A DNA stretch of 63,503 nt from a virus (Duplodnaviria > Caudoviricetes). The stretch spans positions 1-63,503 of IMG/VR virus record IMGVR_UViG_3300034965_000044; one strand, written 5' to 3'. The notes beneath the pieces were generated by a model. It saw only the letters and a list, made by a program, of their open reading frames with translations, had not been told where the DNA came from and did no database searches. The position numbers were made by a program, and so were the translations under genes. Position 1 is the stretch's first letter. The number at the start of each line of letters is the position of its first letter. Positions 56,783-63,503 of the stretch are shown one piece after another.

Positions 56783-57331
56783 ATGCTCAAGACATCACAA
56801 CCCCAGCGGCTATGGATGCCAACGCCTCCGTCCGTTAACGAATTGTTCCGCGATGCCGGCTACGGCACAGACAGCAAGACCGGTGGCAGAATACGAAGCC
56901 AGGAATATGGCGCCTGGATCAGCCGAGCCACACAGGAGCTAATGCTCCAGAAGCCGCGCCAGCATGAAGGCAAGGTCACTCTGGACTTCTTCCACGGAAT
57001 GCGCTCCCCATTGGCAGATGCGTCAAATTATCTTAAGGCTAGCGAAGATTTGCTGGTCTCACTTGGTATTTTAGAATCAGACAACGCCAAGGTGGTACAG
57101 CGGGTATCTTCGTGTTGGGTGCCAAATTACATCGGTACTGTTGTTCACATTTTCCCATTTGATGAAAGTGCTCCGCCATATTTGGGTTTCGATTCCGGCG
57201 TTCTTGGACAAGTCGGCGCATCTGCTATTGGCAAATTTATCAAAAGCCCACAAAGCCTCGGCAAAGCCCGCCGGGCGACCACTGGCGCGGCTTGGGCCAG
57301 TGGTGCCGGAGCGAAGAATAAGAAGAAATAG
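56783..57331 (+). CDS. RusA-like Holliday junction resolvase with C-terminal extension
   Basis: PPSVN; D.SNYLKASEDLL..LGILESD...V. Confidence 0.8.
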   Translation: MLKTSQPQRLWMPTPPSVNELFRDAGYGTDSKTGGRIRSQEYGAWISRATQELMLQKPRQHEGKVTLDFFHGMRSPLADASNYLKASEDLLVSLGILESDNAKVVQRVSSCWVPNYIGTVVHIFPFDESAPPYLGFDSGVLGQVGASAIGKFIKSPQSLGKARRATTGAAWASGAGAKNKKK

Positions 57332-57390
57332 AGGTGAGTTGAGACGAGTGAAGCCGAGAGGAAACGAGCCGAATCGAGTCGAGAAGAACC
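57331..57390 (-). repeat. Pentamer array 1 (12 x NN-CTC; GAG-NN on +), candidate guide RNA
   Basis: + strand: gaggt gagtt gagac gagtg aagcc gagag gaaac gagcc gaatc gagtc gagaa gaacc. Confidence 0.9.
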
Positions 57391-57412
57391 GTAAATAAAA
57401 AATAAAATCGCT

Positions 57413-57462
57413 GAGTTGAGCCGAAACGAAGTGAGGTGTGACGAGCTGAGTGGAGCAGAGGC
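57413..57462 (-). repeat. Pentamer array 2 (10 units)
   Basis: + strand: gagtt gagcc gaaac gaagt gaggt gtgac gagct gagtg gagca gaggc. Confidence 0.9.
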
Positions 57463-57464
57463 GT

Positions 57465-58052
57465 TTATTTCCTAGCTATATCAACCAATTCACGATTGTC
57501 TTCCCATTTAATGCTTTCAACAAAAAATCGACCATTTTGACCACCCTTCTCAGGTCTCCAGCGTCCAATGCCGCGAAACTTTCCCGCAACATCCAGATGC
57601 CGGCTAAATACCGGCTCGGTGATCTCTGGATCGAGAATGAGAGCTGAAAACGTCGCAGACCACGGCGCCATGATCGGAAAGCGCCGATAAACTCGCTTAC
57701 CACTGCCGCGAACGCCATCGGCATTCGAATAGATGTCCTCAAAGGTAACATCTGCGGCTTTCACATTGGTTATTCCAGGCTCGATGATGGCCAAGCCGCC
57801 TTCAAAATGCTTTGTCCAAGTCGCCTGACCCTTTTTCTTTTCGCCGAGGTAACGGACGGCGCTGTGCAAGCTCTGCATCAACGCAGTTTCAGGAATGATC
57901 ACTACGCCATCACGAATATGAAGGTGCTCCCTCCAGGTGCGCTTGTCGTAATCCTCTGGGCTTTCGCCACTTTTCTTTGCGGTTTCATGAGCGCGAGACT
58001 GACTGTATACGCCGATGCCGATAATTTTTACGTTTGCGACTGAGGCTTTCAT
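57465..58052 (-). CDS. RAMP/Cas7-like RNA-binding protein associated with the pentamer arrays
   Basis: 195 aa; IP...L...L, YRRFP....W, and a C-terminal Gly-rich loop AG..GIGRWRP.KGG.NGRF.V typical of RAMP proteins; arrays on both sides. Confidence 0.65.
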   Translation of the reverse strand: MKASVANVKIIGIGVYSQSRAHETAKKSGESPEDYDKRTWREHLHIRDGVVIIPETALMQSLHSAVRYLGEKKKGQATWTKHFEGGLAIIEPGITNVKAADVTFEDIYSNADGVRGSGKRVYRRFPIMAPWSATFSALILDPEITEPVFSRHLDVAGKFRGIGRWRPEKGGQNGRFFVESIKWEDNRELVDIARK

Positions 58053-58064
58053 TGTTAATCCATT

Positions 58065-58184
58065 GAGTTGAGTTGAAGAGAGCGGAACCGAGTGGAGTTA
58101 AGGTGAGACGAAGTGAGCGGAGCTGAGTGGAGCGGAGTTAAAGCGAGGCGAGAAAAGCAGAGTCGGGTTGAGATGAGATGAGCG
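58065..58184 (-). repeat. Pentamer array 3 (24 units)
   Basis: Uninterrupted 5-nt period on +: gagtt gagtt gaaga gagcg gaacc gagtg gagtt aaggt gagac gaagt gagcg gagct gagtg gagcg gagtt aaagc gaggc gagaa aagca gagtc gggtt gagat gagat gagcg. Confidence 0.9.
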
Positions 58185-58186
58185 GG

Positions 58187-58585
58187 TTATTCACAAAACT
58201 GTATTGCCAGCCCGAGCTTGTTAAGCTCCTGAGACAACTTGGATCGTTCCTGAGCCGACATATCGCCTTCAAAGGCGCGCACCACACCGACAATCTGTCC
58301 CTGAGCCCTACCAAGACCACGTTGCGCTTTCTGTCGCGCTTTCTGGCCGACGACATCGGCGTCTTTGGGATTGAGCTTTTTCAGGCCGACGCCAATGACA
58401 GTGACAAAAATGCAGCCCTGCTCTTTCTCCACAAGCTTCTTCGCCTGATTGAGTAGGTGAGGCTTGCCCTTCAAGAGGTTGGCCAAGCGCTCCCTTGGAA
58501 TCAATTGCTCAAGTGGCAGCTCGCGCAGGGAATAGGTGAGCGCCCCAAGGATCTTCAGGTTTTCCGGTGTGCTGATGTATGGCAT
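58187..58585 (-). CDS. Basic winged-helix-like protein, first gene of the array operon
   Basis: A.K.VEKE.G.IF.TV.GVGLKKL; AAGG SD. Confidence 0.6.
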   Translation of the reverse strand: MPYISTPENLKILGALTYSLRELPLEQLIPRERLANLLKGKPHLLNQAKKLVEKEQGCIFVTVIGVGLKKLNPKDADVVGQKARQKAQRGLGRAQGQIVGVVRAFEGDMSAQERSKLSQELNKLGLAIQFCE

Positions 58586-58611
58586 TTGACCCTTCCATGT
58601 GGATGTCTGCT

Positions 58612-58640
58612 GATATAAGCGGAACTCACACAATGTCAAG
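58612..58640 (-). promoter_or_regulatory. sigma70-type promoter for the RAMP/array operon
   Basis: CTTGACA-16 nt-TATATC. Confidence 0.6.
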
Positions 58641-58644
58641 TTGG

Positions 58645-59640
58645 TCAGCTCACCAGCCTAACTTTCAACCTAAGGTCGTGATAATGCCAAGCTCCGCTGC
58701 GCTTAACCTTGGTGTATCCCATACCCGTCAAGGTTGTTCCGAACGCAGTTTGGCTTAAAATCGGACGATCGTGCTTTTTTGCCCAGGCGACATAGCTGCG
58801 ATAGAGCATAGACGACTGGGTAAACTGTCCCCGAACCATCTCGCACAACCCGGTCATAAATTCTGTCAAATCATAGGGGTCAGGGATAGTTGGCGGGTTA
58901 CCCGGTATACCCGCCACGGCCTGTTTTAAGGGTTTGGCGGGTTGGACCGATTCAACCCGCCGCAACCCGCCAGACCCGCCACTGAGCAGCGAAAAGATGG
59001 CGATCGGCCCAAGGTCGGCACCCAGTTCCAGGAGGATGGCAAATGCACCGGAAAGCAGGGCTGCCAGGAAGCGTTCATTCAACTTGACGTTGAAGATGGT
59101 TACGGCGAGCGCCGCGATGTTGGCAATGCCAGGATCGACGGCGGAGGGTGCCGGCTCTATACCGGCTCCCCATCCGTCAACCTGCGCTTGCAGTCGCTCG
59201 ATCTGTCTAGCGGTCTCCAGCTTGACCCTCGTCCGGTCCTTCCGATCGCCGCGCGGCATGGCGTCCATCTCGGCCTTCACCACCGCGGCAGACGCCGGGC
59301 CGACCATCTTGCGCAGGTCCGCAACTTGGTCTACGACAGCCTGTCTGTTGTTGGCCTGTCGCTGTTTCTCAGCCCGAATGTCCATGGCCGTATCCCTAAC
59401 CGCCGAGATACCGCTGAGCGAGATGAAGGCGTTCATGGTCATGAAGATCAGCGCCATCGCGCCCCAGCCTATGCGGGCCGTTCCGTGGCTTTCCATGCAG
59501 CGCATGGTGAAGACCGCGGCGAGCGTGGCAAACAACAGTACACCGGCGATCATGTCATTGCCGGCACCCAGGGCAATCTGGGCATTGGCGTTCACCCACG
59601 CAGATGGGATCACGCACAAGATTGCGAGCAGGAATTTCAT
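58645..59640 (-). CDS. Membrane protein with C-terminal winged-helix DNA-binding domain
   Basis: Several TM segments; LYRSY.AW......SQTAFG..L...GY.K, like D5/primase C-terminal wHTH. Confidence 0.65.
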   Translation of the reverse strand: MKFLLAILCVIPSAWVNANAQIALGAGNDMIAGVLLFATLAAVFTMRCMESHGTARIGWGAMALIFMTMNAFISLSGISAVRDTAMDIRAEKQRQANNRQAVVDQVADLRKMVGPASAAVVKAEMDAMPRGDRKDRTRVKLETARQIERLQAQVDGWGAGIEPAPSAVDPGIANIAALAVTIFNVKLNERFLAALLSGAFAILLELGADLGPIAIFSLLSGGSGGLRRVESVQPAKPLKQAVAGIPGNPPTIPDPYDLTEFMTGLCEMVRGQFTQSSMLYRSYVAWAKKHDRPILSQTAFGTTLTGMGYTKVKRSGAWHYHDLRLKVRLVS

Positions 59641-59694
59641 TTTGATGCCCCCGTGCGGCCAGCATACAGCGTTCAGGGGCTAACTTGGTGGCAT

Positions 59695-60327
59695 ATGTGC
59701 CACAGGAGCTGCGCCTTGCAGGTGAAAACGAAAATTGAGGATTTCCTGAAGTCGGCTGCCGGACAGCGATTCCTGAAGCTCGCCGGTATGCTCAGCTCCT
59801 CCTTCGAGGGCGAGCGGGCGAATGCCTCGGCCATGGCCAATGATCTGCTTCGGGAGGCAGGGCTGACCTGGGGGGAGGTGCTGGGTGCAGGCCCGGCACC
59901 CTCGCAGGGTGGCCAGCTTCACCGGATTGTCGATCTGGAAGCGCGACTGAAGATCGCTCGGCGTGATTACGAAGATGCCAGGGCGGCGAACGCTCGGCTC
60001 TACGCCAAGGTCGCCAAGTTGGAGAACGACCTGCTGGAAGCCAAGCGCCGGGAGACCGAGCGGCAGCGCGATTACAGCAGGGGCAACGATCCGGCACCCA
60101 AGGATCGCCCCAATCCCAAGCCCCGGACATACGCCTCAGAGCTTCAGCGCGGCCTCAACCGCGCCGTTGACCAGATCGAGGCGGCGGTGGAGCTGAATGA
60201 GTGGGAGCAGCAGTTCTGCGCCTCGCTGCGCGACCTCAAATACAAGCTGTCACCCAAGCAGGCGGCCCGGCTGAATGCCCTGCTTGAGCAGGCCAATATC
60301 GATGAGGAATTTGAAGCTGTAGGCTGA
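59695..60327 (+). CDS. Hypothetical protein (start uncertain)
   Basis: KLAGMLSSSFEGERANA...GLTW; L.EWE.QF..SL....LSPKQ...L. Confidence 0.6.
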   Translation: MCHRSCALQVKTKIEDFLKSAAGQRFLKLAGMLSSSFEGERANASAMANDLLREAGLTWGEVLGAGPAPSQGGQLHRIVDLEARLKIARRDYEDARAANARLYAKVAKLENDLLEAKRRETERQRDYSRGNDPAPKDRPNPKPRTYASELQRGLNRAVDQIEAAVELNEWEQQFCASLRDLKYKLSPKQAARLNALLEQANIDEEFEAVG

Positions 60328-60550
60328 AACGAAAAACCCCCAGCGCGGGATCAAAGCGCTAGGGGTCGTTGAAGGACGCATGACAGTTCTTGCAACAACC
60401 AGAGATTATCTCAATGCCGGCACCACGTCAAGCCCATCCCGAATGTGGTGGACAAGTGGCCGGATGATCGCCTAGGCTCCCAAACGCAAGCGGGGAGCTG
60501 GCGGCAAACCAACTCCCCTAATTAGGCAACTTAACAATGGAACTTCCGCT

Positions 60551-61504
60551 ATGACTCTAGCCACCACTGCGGCTGACCGCAAGCAAAAAAATCAAAAAAT
60601 TTGGTCATGGCGTCATGCCATTGAAGAGACGGATATGCCGCCGCTCTCAAAGCTGCTGGCCTTCGCCATAGCCAACGATCTCAGCGATATCGGTAAATAC
60701 ACCCAGCGCCCAACCAAGGAATTGGCTCGGGTTTGCGGCATGAGCGTGCGCTCAGTAGAAAATCATTCCAGAAAACTCGTGGATATGAATCTCCTGCATA
60801 TCGAGGTTTTGCGGGACACTTTCGGACGGCCGACAGGCCGCCGCTGGTTCCCCAAATTCCCCGACAATTTCAGGCTCGATGATGGCCCTGCACAGCGTGC
60901 AGACTACTATGAACTAGATGCAGAGCACTCTGAATCTGGTGCATATTGCTATGAACGGGATGACGTGAGGTCTGCACCTCGTGCAGAGCCTATATATAAG
61001 GATTCTACCTTTCCTAAGACTGGTAAAGAAGATTCATGTCGGTCGCAAGCTCCCGACGAGCCCGAAGATCCATTCTCGCCTGAAGCTCCCAGAGCGAAAT
61101 GGAGGGGTGCCGGACCTGAACGGCCTGCGGGTGCCGGACCTTCAAACGAAGTCCCGCCCGAACAGTCGAAGTCAGAAGAAGCAGGCCCCCCAAGTTCCGC
61201 CGCCCCCCCAAAGTTGTACCCAGAAGCCTTTGACAACCTGTGGGCGAAGGTGCCTCAGGCGGCTAAGCGGGGCGGCAAGAAGAAACCGTTCGAGGTCTGG
61301 AAGCGAGCGAGCGCCGCGGTGCGGGTGCAGATCGATCTGGGCGTCGTGTTGTGGGCGAAGCGGGTGAAGGGCACCGATCCGAAATTTATCGAGATGGCGC
61401 AAACGTGGTTCAATCAAGCGCGCTGGGAAACTGAGGCGGATGCGGCAAAGCCAACGGAGGGTGCCGACGATTACAGCCGTGTGATGGACGAGCTGTACGC
61501 ATGA
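60551..61504 (+). CDS. Replication initiator protein (HTH N-terminus)
   Basis: ELARVCGMSVRSV....L...L; YPEAF..LW...P....KK..F..W; TWFN..RWE. Confidence 0.75.
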   Translation: MTLATTAADRKQKNQKIWSWRHAIEETDMPPLSKLLAFAIANDLSDIGKYTQRPTKELARVCGMSVRSVENHSRKLVDMNLLHIEVLRDTFGRPTGRRWFPKFPDNFRLDDGPAQRADYYELDAEHSESGAYCYERDDVRSAPRAEPIYKDSTFPKTGKEDSCRSQAPDEPEDPFSPEAPRAKWRGAGPERPAGAGPSNEVPPEQSKSEEAGPPSSAAPPKLYPEAFDNLWAKVPQAAKRGGKKKPFEVWKRASAAVRVQIDLGVVLWAKRVKGTDPKFIEMAQTWFNQARWETEADAAKPTEGADDYSRVMDELYA

Positions 61505-62571
61505 GCACAATTTTGATCGGTGACGCCGAATGGGACCGCGGCGTAAATCTTTTGGATCTGAAAAACTACGATCGCATCATTTTTGCCGGTGCTAAGGCGA
61601 AAGACCGGATGCGTGACGTGAGGTCTGCCGGGATTGCACCCAAACATCTGTGGTGGCTGGACGGTGCTGGACGGGAGCGCGATTTCGGCTGGGGGCCGCA
61701 TAAGTGGCTCAGCGATATTACTAACCCGCCGGATGAGAAATATCTGACCTGCGGTATAACCAAGCTGGGCGGTATTGTGAATTGGAGGTTGCCGGAGCTT
61801 GTTGTTGTCGCGGGGCCATATGCGGCAGGCAAGTCGCTGTTTTGCCAAATCTTGGCGCAGGATTTTGTTTACCGGAATGACAGCTACGCTTCGCTGACTT
61901 GCTGGGAAGATCAGGCTGACGAGATTCGTGATGGGGCAATTCGATATCGTGATTCAACGATTGTAGATGATGCTCGGCGTAAGGATTTTTTAAATCGGTT
62001 CCGCACCATTGACGTGACCGATGATTCTGAGCGCAAGATGTCGGAGCATTTTCTGCGCATCGAAGAGGAGACTACTCAGCTAGGGATCAGGTTCCATGTG
62101 CTCGATCCGTGGAATGAATTTCTCGATGAGCGCAAGCGTGAGAGCTACCGGCAGACAGACGGTGAGTACGTCATCGACGTGTTGACCAAGGCGGCGAAGC
62201 TCGTCAACAAACTGAAGATCATCCTGATCATCACGACGCATGTTGCGGCCGAATATATTTCGCAGGGCAAAGAGCTGAAGACGTTCCGCATCGCCAATGC
62301 GTTTGGAACTTCGCAATTCGGAAATAAAGCTCACCGGGCTTTCTGCATTACCAGGACTCGTATGTGGGATGAGGTTCGTAGCCACATGATTGTGCGTCAG
62401 GATAAGGTTAAGCTGGAGGACAAGATATATTGTAGAGATGATGGAAGCGTCCATGTGCTGAAGAAGCGAATGGGTATTCAGGACACTTTAGGGTTTAAGT
62501 TCGATCCAAGGGCGAATACATTGGATCATGATTTGTCTGCAACCACAGAAGCAAGGAAGCTTTGGAAATGA
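61501..62571 (+). CDS. SF4 (DnaB/T7 gp4/Twinkle-like) replicative helicase
   Basis: VVAGPYAAGKS Walker A; VLDPWNE Walker B; TTH; GTSQF.NKA. Confidence 0.85.
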   Translation: MSTILIGDAEWDRGVNLLDLKNYDRIIFAGAKAKDRMRDVRSAGIAPKHLWWLDGAGRERDFGWGPHKWLSDITNPPDEKYLTCGITKLGGIVNWRLPELVVVAGPYAAGKSLFCQILAQDFVYRNDSYASLTCWEDQADEIRDGAIRYRDSTIVDDARRKDFLNRFRTIDVTDDSERKMSEHFLRIEEETTQLGIRFHVLDPWNEFLDERKRESYRQTDGEYVIDVLTKAAKLVNKLKIILIITTHVAAEYISQGKELKTFRIANAFGTSQFGNKAHRAFCITRTRMWDEVRSHMIVRQDKVKLEDKIYCRDDGSVHVLKKRMGIQDTLGFKFDPRANTLDHDLSATTEARKLWK

Positions 62572-62774
62572 TCGGCTATAGAACTTACAAATTAAACACT
62601 CCTGGAGATTGTCGTATATCTATTCAGTTGGATGAGGTTATTTCTTTTCATGAGGTTGAAACTCAGGGAGGAAAGGTTATTCTTGTTCATATGTCGGGAG
62701 GGCAATCCCATTGTTTGTCTGGTGTAACGTTTGATGAATTTTTGTCAGGAAATTTTACCTTTCAGCAGCGATGA
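62568..62774 (+). CDS. Small hypothetical protein
   Basis: ATGA-coupled on both sides. Confidence 0.5.
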   Translation: MIGYRTYKLNTPGDCRISIQLDEVISFHEVETQGGKVILVHMSGGQSHCLSGVTFDEFLSGNFTFQQR

Positions 62775-63496
62775 ACTTCTTCGACGCAGCCTTTGAGCTT
62801 ACCTCCTTCGGCTGGTGCGTCTTCCCGGTCGCACCCGGCGAGAAAGTGCCGGCAATTCCCAAGCGTGAAGGTGGCCGGGGTTGCCTTGATGCAACTGACG
62901 ATGAAGAGATGATCGCTGACTGGGCGCGCCGATATCCGGCGGCCAATGTGGGAGTGGCGTGCGGTGAAAAATCTGGGATACTTGTGGTGGACATCGATTC
63001 AAATCACGGCGGAATGGATAGCATCCAGGGTCTTCGACGTGGCGGACTATGCCTACCGCCAACAGTGTCTGTGCGAACGCCGTCTGGGGGTTGGCACCTA
63101 TACTTCGCCTGGGTTGCTGGGCCAACCAACTCTAAAGGCAAGCTCGGCCCTGGCATCGACATCCGAACAACTGGCGGATATGTTGTCGCGCCCCCGAGCG
63201 TATTGGCTGGAGGCCGATCCTATCGATGGCACATCGCCCCTCTCGGCTCGCAGCTTCCAGTTCTCCCAGCATGGGCTGTCGGGAAACTTGCACCGAGACA
63301 AGCAACCCCCTTCTACCGAGAGCCCAGGCGCGAAGCCGGAGACATCGAAGCGCTCGTAAGCTGGATGGGAAATGCACCGCAGGGCGAGCGCAATGGCTGC
63401 CTGCATTGGGCGGCTATGCGTGCCGGCAATGCCGTCAAGCGCGGCGAGATCACCCAGCCGCAGGCGTTCGCCGACATGGTGGCGGCCGGGATGCAG
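62771..63496 (+). CDS. Bifunctional DNA primase/polymerase (Prim-Pol), continues at 127-195
   Basis: GWCVFPV..G.K.P, ANVGVACG..SG..VVDID, VRTPSGGWHLYF, GIDIR..GGYVVAPPS; missed by the ORF track because it crosses the end. Confidence 0.9.
63371..63496. repeat. Terminal direct repeat (copy 2)
   Basis: Identical to 1-126. Confidence 0.95.
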
Positions 63497-63503
63497 AGAT
63501 CGG

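Noticed and set aside
57290-57320. Possible gapped match of array 2 to the RusA-like 3' end
   Set aside because: Only about 4 of 10 dinucleotides match, which is not distinguishable from chance
57331-58184. Pentamer arrays as a CRISPR array or a coding repeat
   Set aside because: There are no 25-40 nt repeats with spacers and no cas1/2; a 5-nt period is incompatible with codon structure and the arrays fill intergenic gaps exactly
63497-63503. Terminal AGATCGG diverging from the repeat
   Set aside because: Matches the start of the Illumina adapter (AGATCGGAAGAGC); probably an artefact
1-63503. tRNA, rRNA, integrase, RNA polymerase genes
   Set aside because: None recognised by eye; a tRNAscan/HMM run is needed to exclude them formally

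Overview
A near-complete, apparently circularly permuted ~63.37 kb dsDNA phage genome. Bases 1-126 recur at 63371-63496, followed by a probable adapter remnant. It is a podovirus-type phage (T7-like portal, tail tubular A/B, large internal virion proteins, collagen-like fibres) with no recognisable RNA polymerase, replicative DNA polymerase or integrase. The host is probably alphaproteobacterial (Omp25/RopB-type porin, GcrA-like and DUF3309-like genes). Two non-standard systems stand out. (1) At 57.3-58.6 kb a small RAMP/Cas7-like gene is bracketed by three arrays of 5-nt units: a constant triplet (CTC on the transcribed strand) plus a variable dinucleotide. The dinucleotides of one array match the neighbouring RusA-like gene in a gapped NN-x-NN-x code at 9 of the first 10 positions, suggesting a non-CRISPR RNA-guided system. 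(2) At 4.7-11.3 kb a leftward early operon is built like an rRNA operon: a strong sigma70 promoter, a boxA, and six consecutive genes each enclosed in its own 24-35 bp long-range stem with G.U pairs on the mRNA strand. Further genes carry a conserved two-hairpin translation element, and the operon includes a five-member paralogous family. A Tad2/DUF2829-like anti-defence gene, a solo HicB-like domain and candidate sRNAs are also present. All product calls are by-eye motif recognition without database searches.
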